Below are positions 55,094-64,000 of a stretch of 64,000 nt of DNA, piece by piece. A program made the translations under genes and the position numbers. Each line of letters starts with the position of its first letter. Position 1 is the stretch's first letter. This DNA is from Bacteroidales bacterium (GTDB lineage Bacteria; Bacteroidota; Bacteroidia; Bacteroidales; UBA7960), in NCBI GenBank assembly GCA_007118495.1, contig SKRM01000017.1:8675-72674 (forward strand), given 5' to 3'. Under the pieces are notes generated by a model, which did not search any database, had not been told where the DNA came from, and saw only the letters and a list, made by a program, of their open reading frames with translations.

Positions 55094-55276
55094 CCGCCCG
55101 AGGCTTCAGCCGAGGGCCTAACTGCGAGGCGCCCTGCGCCGAACTAACACACGGAGCGAAGCGACGTGCCAACCGTGAGGCCCAAAGGGCCGAACTAACT
55201 GCGAAGCCCGCAGGGCTGAGCAAACTGCCCGAGCAAAGCGAGGGCCTAACACGAAGCCCGCAGGGCTGAGCAAACT
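55094..55276. repeat. GC-rich array of seven degenerate ~25-26-bp units, each a short GC hairpin followed by (C/G)(T/A)AAC
   Basis: Units end at 55122, 55148, 55173, 55199, 55225, 55250 and 55275. Hairpins include GGCGC-CCT-GCGCC, GGCCC-AAA-GGGCC and AGCCC-GCA-GGGCT (twice). A 25-bp perfect repeat CGAAGCCCGCAGGGCTGAGCAAACT occurs at 55202-55226 and 55252-55276. The period is not a multiple of 3. Confidence 0.8.
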
Positions 55277-55285
55277 CAAATACGT

Positions 55286-55750
55286 ATGGCAACAAACATG
55301 ATCAGCAACCCCCAAAAGATCAGGGAAATCATAGACAAATGCGAAGTCTGCTATGTGGGAATGACCCAGCCAGATGGGACACCGTATGTGTTGCCCTTCA
55401 ACTTTGGCTACGAAGATGGGAGCATCTACCTGCACATGGCCCCTCAGGGCAAGAAATTGGACGTTTTGCGAAACAATCCCCGGGTATGTGTGGCATTCTC
55501 AACCGACCACCGCTTATTCCACCGCAATGAAGAAGTAGCCTGTAGTTATGGGATGAACTACCGCAGTGTACTGGCCACAGGAAAAGCCGTTTTTATTGAA
55601 GACTTTGACGAAAAAGTGCGCATCATGAATGTTACCATGCAAAAATACACAGGCAAAGATTTCTCATACAATGCACCCGCCATCAATAATGTGGTTATCA
55701 TACGAATACATGTCGAAAAGCTGGAAGGTAAATTGTCAGGCTACTTTTAG
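55286..55750 (+). CDS. Pyridoxamine 5'-phosphate oxidase-family (FMN-binding split-barrel) protein
   Basis: 154 aa. CEVCYVGMTQPDGTPYVLPFNFGYEDGSIYLHMAPQGKKL..., the typical PNPOx-like/flavin-nucleotide-binding pattern. Confidence 0.75.
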   Translation: MATNMISNPQKIREIIDKCEVCYVGMTQPDGTPYVLPFNFGYEDGSIYLHMAPQGKKLDVLRNNPRVCVAFSTDHRLFHRNEEVACSYGMNYRSVLATGKAVFIEDFDEKVRIMNVTMQKYTGKDFSYNAPAINNVVIIRIHVEKLEGKLSGYF

Positions 55751-56352
55751 TAAACATACCTGTCAGGAGGCACGGCCAGCTTCTCAGGCGGATATAAACG
55801 CTTCATGGTGAGTTCGAACAACCAATAAACCACCAAAGCCCAGAAGATGCCCATGGCGGCTCCGACCAATACATCTCCAGGATAGTGCACACCAAGGTAA
55901 ATACGGCTATATGCCTTCAGGCTAGCCCAGACAATCATAACGGGAATAAGCCATGGGTGCCTGGATTTGAGTATTTTGATCATGAATATGGCCAGGGCAA
56001 AGGAATTGGCCGCATGACCTGAAACAAAACCGAACTGCCCTCCCCTTCTGTCCCTGACAATATGCACCAGGTCTGCTATCACCGGATTATGGGAAGGCCT
56101 CAGGCGCATGGTTGAATCTTTTAAAATATTGGCCGTCTGGTCACTTAAAAAGATCAGGAACACAATGAAAAGCAGGGCCCATAGCCCCCGTAGTTTGAAT
56201 TTCAGAAAAATCAATACCGTGAGAAATGCATAAAACGGGATCCAGTTATACCGGTAGCTTATCTGGTACATAATTCCATCAAGCCACGGCCTGTGAAGCC
56301 CGTTTATAAACAGAAACAGCTGTGCGTCCAGCTCTTTTAAATACTCCAGCAT
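55747..56352 (-). CDS. PAP2-family phosphatase (undecaprenyl-diphosphatase/lipid phosphatase-like)
   Basis: Motifs KDSTMRLRPS, SGHAANSF and SRIYLGVHYPGD. The start is placed at the Met of MLEYLKELD (56352), which avoids a 22-nt overlap with obg; the listed start is 56403. Confidence 0.85.
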   Translation of the reverse strand: MLEYLKELDAQLFLFINGLHRPWLDGIMYQISYRYNWIPFYAFLTVLIFLKFKLRGLWALLFIVFLIFLSDQTANILKDSTMRLRPSHNPVIADLVHIVRDRRGGQFGFVSGHAANSFALAIFMIKILKSRHPWLIPVMIVWASLKAYSRIYLGVHYPGDVLVGAAMGIFWALVVYWLFELTMKRLYPPEKLAVPPDRYVY

Positions 56353-56381
56353 ATAGCTATATATTAAAGAGGAAATTATAC

Positions 56382-57380
56382 CTAAATATTCATCATCTGC
56401 CAAAGCTTATCCTTCAGGGCATCCAATCCTTTTTGTGTATGGGCCGAAATAAAAGCTTTATCCACCTCCGGCAGTTGTTTGTCCAGCTGTTTTGTAAGCT
56501 CGTCCAGGGCAAGGTCATCCAACAGGTCACATTTACTTACGGTAAGCAAACGCTGTTTGTCAAGCAGTTCAGGGTTATAAGCCCTCAGTTCATTTAGCAG
56601 TATGTTGTATTCTTCACCTATATCCGGCTTGTCTGCCGCCACCATGAACAACAAAAGGGCATTGCGCTCTATATGCCTCAAAAACCTATGACCCAAACCC
56701 TTACCCTCATGTGCGCCCTCAATGATCCCCGGGATATCAGCCATCACAAATGACCGCTGATCACGGTATGCAACAATGCCCAGATTGGGTACCAGGGTTG
56801 TAAAAGGGTAATCGGCAATGGCGGGTTTGGCAGCCGTTACTACAGATAACAGGGTAGACTTGCCTGCGTTGGGAAAGCCCACCAACCCTACATCAGCCAA
56901 TACTTTCAACTCCATAATCACCCCCAGCTCCTTGCCTGGCTCACCAGGTTGGGCATAGCGGGGAGTCTGGCGCGTGCTTGACTTAAAGTGCACATTGCCC
57001 CGGCCTCCACGGCCTCCCTCAAGAAGAATATGGGTTTGCCCGTCTTTGGTGATTTCAGTGAGCATTTCTCCGCTTTCAGCATCCCTGACCACTGTTCCCA
57101 ATGGAACTTCAACATATACATCATTTCCTGCAGCTCCTGAGCTTCTTTGCTTACCCCCCCTTTCACCTGGTTCGGCATTAAGGTGCCTGGTATAGCGTAA
57201 ATGCAGCAAAGTCCAAAGGTGGCTGTTTCCCTTTAAAATAATATGTCCTCCCCTGCCTCCATCGCCACCATCAGGGCCGCCTTTTGGCACAAACTTCTCT
57301 CTGCGCAAATGCGCAGAACCTGCTCCGCCCTTTCCTGACCGGCAATAAACCTTGATATAGTCAATAAAATTGGCGTTCAT
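56382..57380 (-). CDS. obg: GTPase Obg/CgtA
   Basis: N-terminal Gly-rich Obg fold ([28 protein letters not shown]), and G domains [13 protein letters not shown] and SKCD. Confidence 0.96.
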   Translation of the reverse strand: MNANFIDYIKVYCRSGKGGAGSAHLRREKFVPKGGPDGGDGGRGGHIILKGNSHLWTLLHLRYTRHLNAEPGERGGKQRSSGAAGNDVYVEVPLGTVVRDAESGEMLTEITKDGQTHILLEGGRGGRGNVHFKSSTRQTPRYAQPGEPGKELGVIMELKVLADVGLVGFPNAGKSTLLSVVTAAKPAIADYPFTTLVPNLGIVAYRDQRSFVMADIPGIIEGAHEGKGLGHRFLRHIERNALLLFMVAADKPDIGEEYNILLNELRAYNPELLDKQRLLTVSKCDLLDDLALDELTKQLDKQLPEVDKAFISAHTQKGLDALKDKLWQMMNI

Positions 57381-57434
57381 GCAGAATAAATAAATTAGTA
57401 GAAAAAATACCGGGTGGCCACTTGTTGCATTGAA

Positions 57435-58037
57435 TTATTTTGCAACAGAATGAGAGTTTTGATCTATCAGGTGTTTATCGACGGCCTGGCAAATCTTTCC
57501 AAACACCTCATCTACCGGAGCCATACCATTTACTGTAATTATTTTCCCCTGCTTCCTGTAATAGGCAATAAGGGGGTGGGTTTGCTGTTTGTATACTTCA
57601 AGCCGACGACGAATAATCACATCAGAGTCATCAGAGCGGCCAGAATCCTCAGCCCTGCCCATGAGTCTCCTGAACAATTCTTCCTCATCAACCTCAACAG
57701 AAATAACAAGCCCTATGGGAATATTTCTTTTTTCAAGCAACCTGTCAAGCGCTTCAGCCTGTACAATGGTTCTGGGAAACCCATCAAAAATAAACCCAGG
57801 TGCATCCATATGCGTTGAAGCCTTTTGATACAATTCCTTAAGGACAATCTCATCAGGCACCAGCAGACCCTTATCAATATATTTCCGAACCATCTTGCCC
57901 AGAGGGGTTCCGTTTTCCATTTCATCCCTAAGCAAGTCACCGGTTGACAGGTGGATTAAGTGGTACTTTTCAACGATTCTGGCCGACTGGGTGCCTTTAC
58001 CGGAACCGGGAGGTCCAAAAATAATTAGGTTTAGCAT
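57435..58037 (-). CDS. adk: Adenylate kinase (short lid, no zinc finger)
   Basis: P-loop GPPGSGKGTQ, HLSTGDLLR, and FIFDGFPRT. Confidence 0.95.
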   Translation of the reverse strand: MLNLIIFGPPGSGKGTQSARIVEKYHLIHLSTGDLLRDEMENGTPLGKMVRKYIDKGLLVPDEIVLKELYQKASTHMDAPGFIFDGFPRTIVQAEALDRLLEKRNIPIGLVISVEVDEEELFRRLMGRAEDSGRSDDSDVIIRRRLEVYKQQTHPLIAYYRKQGKIITVNGMAPVDEVFGKICQAVDKHLIDQNSHSVAK

Positions 58038-58078
58038 GACATTATTCTTCCCTGGCGCAATAGTGCCGATTTGTCAAT

Positions 58079-58615
58079 TTATTCAACAATTTTGTAAATA
58101 TCTTTCAAATTTCTTCCGAATCCATTGTAGTCAAGACCAAATCCCACAATAAAATCATTTGGGATCTCCAGCCCCACATAATCGGGCTGAATTCCGGTGC
58201 GCACCGCATCGGGTTTAAGAAGCAGGGTGGCTACCCTGATACTTTGTGGTTTATACTTTGTCAGATCATCAACCAGGTGCGCAATGGTAATGCCACTGTC
58301 GATAATATCTTCAAGAATGATAATGTCTCTGCCTGCAATTTCTTCATTCAGACCAATAACGGTTTTTACCTCTTCTGTGGTAGAAGTTCCGGTATATGAT
58401 GATAGCTTTATGAAGCTGATCTCACAGGGCCCCTTGTATAATTTCAGGAGTTCAGCGGCAAACATAAAGGAGCCGTTCAAAACACATAGGAACAGCGGAG
58501 AACTATCACCATAGTCTTTGTTTACAGCCTCTGAAATACGTTCAATAGCTCCTAAAATGCGATCGTGGGGAATTTCTTTCTTAAATTCCCTGTCATGGAT
58601 CCTGACAATGTCCAT
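58079..58615 (-). CDS. hpt: Hypoxanthine phosphoribosyltransferase
   Basis: 178 aa. PRPP motif IIILEDIIDSGIT, and C-terminal VGFGLDY. Confidence 0.93.
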   Translation of the reverse strand: MDIVRIHDREFKKEIPHDRILGAIERISEAVNKDYGDSSPLFLCVLNGSFMFAAELLKLYKGPCEISFIKLSSYTGTSTTEEVKTVIGLNEEIAGRDIIILEDIIDSGITIAHLVDDLTKYKPQSIRVATLLLKPDAVRTGIQPDYVGLEIPNDFIVGFGLDYNGFGRNLKDIYKIVE

Positions 58616-58824
58616 AGAAAAAAAATAACTGGATTTTAGCCCTTAATGACAAAACACAAAAATACGCCAATGTGTTCGGACAATAAGCATTATTTACAGA
58701 AAAATATAAACAAATTGTGAAAAAATAAAATTATTCCATGTAATTTGCCTGTTTTAAGACCATATAGCCAGTATAGTCGCCGATTCTTCAACGAAAAAAC
58801 TTCTGTTTTGTAATTAATGCCTAA

Positions 58825-59331
58825 TTGATGCTAAAAATTGGTTTGATCTCTGATACGCATGGGTATGTGCATCCTGAAACAGCCAGGATTTTTTCCGATT
58901 GCCATGAAATCTGGCATGCAGGTGATTTTGGGAGTTTAGAAGTGATTGAAAGGCTTGAGGCCATCAAACCACTTCGGGGCGTTTATGGAAATATTGATGG
59001 ACAGCCTATCAGGCAAAGGTTCCCTGAGACACTCCGCTTTAATTGTGAAGAAGTTGATGTACTCATGACCCACATCGGCGGGTACCCCGGCCATTATGAA
59101 GCCGGGGTCAGAGAAATAATACGTATCAAACCACCACAACTTTTCATAAGCGGCCACAGCCACATTCTTAAAGTTATGCATGACCCTGCAAACAAACTGC
59201 TCCATATCAATCCGGGAGCTGCAGGCATTTCAGGTTTCCATCTTGTAATAACCATGTTAAGGTTTACCATCGCCCAGGGAACAATCAAAGACCTTGAAGT
59301 CATAGAGTTTCCCCGCAAAAAGCAACCTTAG
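58825..59331 (+). CDS. YfcE/MJ0936-type small metallophosphoesterase
   Basis: ISDTHG, HAGD, GNID, THIGG and SGHSH motifs. The ATG at 58828 follows the listed TTG. Confidence 0.85.
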   Translation: MMLKIGLISDTHGYVHPETARIFSDCHEIWHAGDFGSLEVIERLEAIKPLRGVYGNIDGQPIRQRFPETLRFNCEEVDVLMTHIGGYPGHYEAGVREIIRIKPPQLFISGHSHILKVMHDPANKLLHINPGAAGISGFHLVITMLRFTIAQGTIKDLEVIEFPRKKQP

Positions 59332-62300
59332 TCTTTCAAAACTTCGCGAATTGCCCGGTCTAGCTGGGGATCAATACCTCTTAACCTGTCATGGAATGAA
59401 TTATACACATCTATATCAGGAGCCACACCAGTTAATTCGAGGTTTTCACCTTCAAGGGTATAGCAACCCCAGCTTGGCAGCCTGGTTGAAGATCCATCAA
59501 CCATTGATTTACTTGATGTAAAAATGATCCATCTGTATGTTTCGGTACCAATGATGGTGCCAAGTTCAAGTTCTCTGAACCCAGCAGCCGTCATCTCTGC
59601 ATCGCTAAGGCTTCTTTCATTGATCAGCATGACCATAGGATTACCTGATGGTGCAAAATTGGGCTGGGGAGATAAAGATCCGCCCCTGTATTTCCATGTC
59701 AAATATGGCCGCTGCGCGAGAAACTGCAACACATCATCATGGACATTGCCACCCCGGTTAAACCTGATGTCAAAAATCAACGCTTCTTTGTCCATGGCGT
59801 GGGTGGTCATATCAATGATAAATTGATTCAGCGAACCTGCCGACATGTCCTTCATGAAAACATAACCTACACGGCCATCGGTTTGTTCTTCAACATATCG
59901 CCTGTTTGCTGCTATCCACTCATCATACAAAAGTGTGCTGATCTGTCCGGGGGTATGGGGGCGGGTTTTCACAATAACTTTTTCCTGACCCCTAAGAAAT
60001 ACCAACTCCAGTTCTTCAGGCATGTGTGAAAAATAAAAGTATTTGTCACGGTTTAATGCTTGATCAATTTCCCGGCCATTGACTGAAACAATTACATCAC
60101 CAGGGCGCACTGTCTCATGGCTGAGATCAAGATGGCTTTCATGAATCACTCTGTCAACCCTGAATGGATGGTCAGGATCAAATATTAGGCCTGTTTCTGC
60201 CGTCCTTGCAGAGTAAAACGACCGCTCCTCTGATCCTGAACTTGAAAACCCTGTATGCGATGAATTCAACTCTCCCAGCATATCATTGATGAGACGACGC
60301 AGGTTCTCTCTGGTGCGCACATGTGGCAGATGCTGTGAAAATCGCTCCCTTTCTGCCTGCCAGTCAACCCCATGGAAGCCCTCTTCATAAAAATTCTCAT
60401 CAAGGGCAGCCCAGGTTTCCATAAAAATCTGGTTGAACTCATCCCTCAGATTTCTTGCAAAACTATGGCGTATATCAATGGCATCCAGTCTGTTTTGATT
60501 CATATTGACTTTGTGGATATTACCCCCTGCCAAAACATAAAAGTTATTGTTCACCTCAACCATATGCAAGTTCATGCCTGGTGAAGTACCATCTACCTTT
60601 ATAGGTCTGGAACTGTCGAATGGTTTCTGGTCAAGTCTCCAAAGGGCCCATTGTCCCTTATCATGATTGGAGGTAAAAAACATAACCTGGTTCCCTCCGT
60701 GTTTAAACACATGGGGAGCCCACTGCCTTCCAATATTGCTCACACCCACAGATTCCCACCGGCGGTCAATATTGTGCATATCAATTTTAATCTCAATTGC
60801 ATTATCACCATTGCCATTACGCTCATTATTGCCCGTAAACAAACGGTCAAACTCGTCAGACTTCATGGGGTCACTAAAACGGTACAAGGGAATCCGGTAC
60901 AAACGGTCTGATGTATTTGATCTGGGGAAATTATGCATATAACGGTCGGCCGCAAAGTAGATATATTTGCCACAAGGCGACCAGTAAGGCATACGCTCTG
61001 ACATTCCTGTACGCGTCAGCTGCAGGCTTTCTCCATTTTGAAGATTATGCACATAGATATTATGTTCAAAATTGGTGTAGGCGGTAAAAAGAATGTACCT
61101 GCCATCGGGTGAAAATCTCGGCCTTGAATTGTGGAAACCCCAAAGTTCGGCAACAGCAATTGTCTCGGTGGTTTTCTGTTCAATATCAACTACCTTGACA
61201 TGCTTTCTCCCGCTAAGGTATACGCCCTTTTTTCTGTCAGGATCCATGGAAAGAAAACGGCTGGTGGCATCCACTGATTCCAATTCAATTTCTTCTCCCC
61301 TTCCATCTGCCCTGATCATATATAAATTGGCCCATCCATCACGCGTCTGAATATAAACCAATGTTTCATTATCTGCCGACCAGGCCACTTCAGTAACCCG
61401 TTCTGCTTGATTGGTTGGTATTTGCCGGATGAATTTTCCCTCAAGGTCAGAAACAAATAATTCACCCCTTGATACAAAGGCGAGCTTTTTATGGTCGGGC
61501 GACACATCAAACCAGGTGATATTCCCCCTCACCTCAAAACTTTGCTCAAGTGGAAGGGTGTTTTTCTGAAACAGCGATATTTCAGGTGTACTGGCCTGCC
61601 CCGTAGCGGTATCATAAATGTACAGCTGATAGTCTTTTTCAAAGGCAATCTTTGCGCCATTGGCACTTACCTGTGGCCTGCCAATTGAGGTATCGAAGCT
61701 GGTTAATGCCACTTTTTGCCCATCTCTGAGGGCATATAGGTTATACTCCATATTGGCTTCATCTGAGACAAAATAAATATGCCCCCGCTGGTCAATGGTG
61801 GGCCAAAGGTCTTTCCCCTCAAAATCTGTCAATTGCTCAAATACGTCTTCTTCAGGGTTATAATACAACAGATCGGGACGGTTCGCTCCCCGGTACCGTT
61901 TGCGCTGTGGCTGGTTCAGGCTTTCCCATGACTCAGTAAAGACATAGCCGCCTGTAAGTGGATGTTCCACCACATGGTGGGGCACATTGAAATAATGATC
62001 AAACAGCCTCTTGGGTGTGCCCCCCTCTAAAGGAATTTTATATATAGAACTCATATTCTCCCGTGAAGAATGGAAATAGATGTGCTTGCTGTCCCATGAC
62101 CAGCTGTCAACCATATCAGCCGCCTGGTGAAAGGTAAGCTGGTTGATTTCTCCACCATTGGCCGGCATGATATACACATTGGTGTTACCATCCATTGTGG
62201 CTGAAAAAGCAATCCATCGGCCATCGGGCGAGAAGCGGGGTAAAAACTCCCTACCATCCATGGCTGTGAGTCTGTAGGCTGTACCACCATCAACACTAAC

Positions 62301-62450
62301 CTTCCACAGGTCAGATTCATAACTAAAGACAATCTGTTCCCCATCGGGCGAAATGGCCGGATCGGACAAAAAGCGTGCGGGGTTTTCGTTGGCAAAGCTC
62401 CCTGAAAACACAAAGAGAATAACAAAACACGAGAGAAACATAGATTTCAT
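59328..62450 (-). CDS. Tricorn protease homologue (TolB-like beta-propellers + PDZ + S41 peptidase domain)
   Basis: The start is moved to MKSMFLSCFVILFVFSGSFA (signal). N-terminal FLSDPAISPDGEQIVFSYESDLWKV and repeated SPDG propeller blades. The C-terminal S41 core is LIFDIRFNRGGNV...MVMLINERSLSDAE. Confidence 0.85.
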   Translation of the reverse strand: MKSMFLSCFVILFVFSGSFANENPARFLSDPAISPDGEQIVFSYESDLWKVSVDGGTAYRLTAMDGREFLPRFSPDGRWIAFSATMDGNTNVYIMPANGGEINQLTFHQAADMVDSWSWDSKHIYFHSSRENMSSIYKIPLEGGTPKRLFDHYFNVPHHVVEHPLTGGYVFTESWESLNQPQRKRYRGANRPDLLYYNPEEDVFEQLTDFEGKDLWPTIDQRGHIYFVSDEANMEYNLYALRDGQKVALTSFDTSIGRPQVSANGAKIAFEKDYQLYIYDTATGQASTPEISLFQKNTLPLEQSFEVRGNITWFDVSPDHKKLAFVSRGELFVSDLEGKFIRQIPTNQAERVTEVAWSADNETLVYIQTRDGWANLYMIRADGRGEEIELESVDATSRFLSMDPDRKKGVYLSGRKHVKVVDIEQKTTETIAVAELWGFHNSRPRFSPDGRYILFTAYTNFEHNIYVHNLQNGESLQLTRTGMSERMPYWSPCGKYIYFAADRYMHNFPRSNTSDRLYRIPLYRFSDPMKSDEFDRLFTGNNERNGNGDNAIEIKIDMHNIDRRWESVGVSNIGRQWAPHVFKHGGNQVMFFTSNHDKGQWALWRLDQKPFDSSRPIKVDGTSPGMNLHMVEVNNNFYVLAGGNIHKVNMNQNRLDAIDIRHSFARNLRDEFNQIFMETWAALDENFYEEGFHGVDWQAERERFSQHLPHVRTRENLRRLINDMLGELNSSHTGFSSSGSEERSFYSARTAETGLIFDPDHPFRVDRVIHESHLDLSHETVRPGDVIVSVNGREIDQALNRDKYFYFSHMPEELELVFLRGQEKVIVKTRPHTPGQISTLLYDEWIAANRRYVEEQTDGRVGYVFMKDMSAGSLNQFIIDMTTHAMDKEALIFDIRFNRGGNVHDDVLQFLAQRPYLTWKYRGGSLSPQPNFAPSGNPMVMLINERSLSDAEMTAAGFRELELGTIIGTETYRWIIFTSSKSMVDGSSTRLPSWGCYTLEGENLELTGVAPDIDVYNSFHDRLRGIDPQLDRAIREVLKD

Positions 62451-62471
62451 AATGGTATAAGATTTGGGGAC

Positions 62472-62505
62472 AAAAAAAAGCATCACAATCTGAAAATTGT
62501 GATGC
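62472..62505 (-). terminator. Intrinsic terminator of the M28 peptidase gene
   Basis: The minus strand has a 10-bp stem GCATCACAAT/ATTGTGATGC with a 6-nt loop, followed by eight T. It lies between the M28 stop (62570) and the tricorn start (62450). Confidence 0.75.
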
Positions 62506-62569
62506 CCAAAGATATTATTTTTTAAAAAAGACCTGCGCCTTAAAATTTCATCAGTTTCAACTTTTTACC

Positions 62570-64000
62570 CTATCTGCGCTTATCAGCACTGGCATCTCTT
62601 AGCTGGCGGAATTCATTTCCTTCATACCAGTTGGGCCAGACACGGCTATTGGCAAATTCTTGTCCAAGATAGTAGAACATCCACATATCCTGATGCATAC
62701 CTTCCCACACCCATTTGTCGTGTACCACATCGGTGGGTGCATGGTAGCGGGCTGCCATATCTTCAGCCACCATCCTGGCATAGGCTTCATCACGACCAAT
62801 ATAGTCTGTGCCACCCTGGGCGTAAATCATGGGTACTCCCTGACGTGCCAGGCTGATATGGTCAGACCGGTAAAAATATCCCCTTTCGGGATGGGGCTCA
62901 GACACCAGATGACGCTGCTGGTTGGCTGCATGACGGCGTAAATAGTCTTCCATTTCTGAATTACCATAACCTACAACCGAAACATCCCAGGTTGCACCAT
63001 ACACATTCAAGGCATCAATATTAATGCCTCCAACGGTTGTTTCAAGGGGAAACACGGGGTTTTCACCATAAAATCTTGAGCCCAGCAAGCCAGACTCTTC
63101 AGCTGTAACAGCCATAAATACCAATGAGCGGGCAGGAGTTTCACCTGCTGCAAAACGCTCAGCAATGCTCAGGATAGCACCCACACCGGTTGCATTGTCA
63201 ACAGCTCCATTATATATTTCTACACCTTGGTCTGTTTCAACCATACCGAGATGATCCCAGTGGCCCATATAGATAATGGTCTCATCGGGATACTCTGCAC
63301 CTTCAATATAACCAATCACATTATAGCAGGTAGTATGCTCGAATTCATTCTCAAACTGCACACTTGCATGCACACCCATGGTAAAAGGTTTAAAATCCGG
63401 ATCAAGGGCCTTGTCAAGTGCATCTTCAAGTGTCATCCCGGCCATTTCAAATACCTGTCGGGCGACATCCTTTTGCAACCATCCTTCAGCTTCAAGCCTG
63501 GGGGCGCCTGTATCAACACCAATTCCATACTGGGTACCTGACCACGAGTTTCTGACAACATCCCAGCCATAGCTGGCAGGTTCAGTCTGATGTACAATTA
63601 ATGCACCTGCAGCACCCTGCCGGGCAGCCTCCTCAAATTTGTATGTCCAACGACCATAATAGGTCATGGCATTCCCGTTGAACATACTTTCGTCTTGTAG
63701 CGCAAAACCAGGATCATTGATCAGTACGACCACTGTTTTCCCGGTAACGTCAATCCCTTCATAATCATTCCATCCAAATTCAGGAGCCACAACACCATAA
63801 CCCACAAACACCAGCTCACTATCCTTTAGCTCAGAGCGGTCCTGCAGTTTATATGTGCCAATGACCATATCCGAAAGGTATTCAAATGACAGTGCTGTCT
63901 GTTCATTGCGAATCACCAAAGGCGAGAAATTATACCCGGTGATTTCAACCAGAGGTACTTCCTGACGGTATGAACCGTTTACAGCTGGCTTTAGGCCAAT
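62570..64000 (-). CDS. M28 family aminopeptidase with PA domain; 5' end beyond window edge
   Basis: The frame stays open from the listed TTG (63919) to nt 64000. PA-domain block VFVGYG...GKTVVVLIND. M28 metal ligands HWDHLG, GAVDNATGVG, AEESGLLGS and RSDH. Confidence 0.85.
   Translation of the reverse strand: MGLKPAVNGSYRQEVPLVEITGYNFSPLVIRNEQTALSFEYLSDMVIGTYKLQDRSELKDSELVFVGYGVVAPEFGWNDYEGIDVTGKTVVVLINDPGFALQDESMFNGNAMTYYGRWTYKFEEAARQGAAGALIVHQTEPASYGWDVVRNSWSGTQYGIGVDTGAPRLEAEGWLQKDVARQVFEMAGMTLEDALDKALDPDFKPFTMGVHASVQFENEFEHTTCYNVIGYIEGAEYPDETIIYMGHWDHLGMVETDQGVEIYNGAVDNATGVGAILSIAERFAAGETPARSLVFMAVTAEESGLLGSRFYGENPVFPLETTVGGINIDALNVYGATWDVSVVGYGNSEMEDYLRRHAANQQRHLVSEPHPERGYFYRSDHISLARQGVPMIYAQGGTDYIGRDEAYARMVAEDMAARYHAPTDVVHDKWVWEGMHQDMWMFYYLGQEFANSRVWPNWYEGNEFRQLRDASADKRR

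Noticed and set aside
55094-55276. CRISPR array
   Set aside because: The units abut each other with no unique spacers, are only ~25 bp long and are degenerate. No cas genes are present in the window.
55062-55435. ORFs predicted across the GC-rich repeat block (55062-55295 -, 55081-55269 +, 55118-55435 -)
   Set aside because: Their apparent coding potential comes from GC-rich repeats with a 25-26-bp period, which is not a multiple of 3. The translations are Ala/Arg/Pro-rich with no repeat at the protein level, and one overlaps the real PNPOx-family gene.
58616-58824. Purine riboswitch or other structured RNA upstream of hpt
   Set aside because: The region is very AT-rich, with no three-way-junction-like complementary segments and no conserved purine-riboswitch core sequences detectable by eye.
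1-64000. Mobile elements, prophage, defence islands, tRNA/rRNA genes
   Set aside because: I saw no transposase, integrase, recombinase, restriction/modification, Cas, toxin-antitoxin or phage structural motifs in any listed ORF. I saw no tRNA-like T-arm sequences in the intergenic regions. Apart from the 183-bp GC-rich array, composition looks uniform.

Overview
This 64-kb chromosomal stretch has the hallmarks of a Bacteroidota genome: a CarboxypepD_reg-type TonB-dependent receptor, an S46 dipeptidyl-peptidase, a fused E1 alpha/beta dehydrogenase, GH3- and WbqC-family genes, TAnnTTTG-type -7 boxes, and almost no Shine-Dalgarno sequences. About 50 protein genes are densely packed on both strands. 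I recognised no rRNA, tRNA, CRISPR array, transposase, integrase or phage genes. Housekeeping blocks are rlmN, thrS-infC-rpmI-rplT, obg-adk-hpt, nnr and a photolyase. The rest is mostly envelope or secreted functions, with an unusual number of peptidases: S9B DPP-IV-like, M16, S46, two S41 (one a tricorn homologue), C40, M56 and M28. Five things stand out. (i) A self-contained sigma-54 circuit: a PhnD-like lipoprotein, a histidine kinase and an NtrC-type activator, followed on the same strand by palindromic UAS-like sites, a terminator and a near-consensus -24/-12 promoter in front of a YceI-porin-YceI operon. (ii) An OmpR-type two-component system next to an S46 peptidase / TonB receptor / LTD-like lipoprotein / beta-barrel operon; its promoter region shares an 11-bp-phased TTGTTAAT direct repeat with the S46/gltS intergenic region. 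(iii) Two overlapping stand-alone LytTR genes, followed by a secreted Cache-only protein and a CAP-domain lipoprotein. (iv) A GC-rich array of seven ~25-bp hairpin units that ends 10 nt before the start codon of a PNPOx-family gene. (v) infC, which must use a non-canonical start (probably ATA) behind a perfect AGGAGG. All functional calls rest on motif recognition by eye from the supplied translations; no database search was run.
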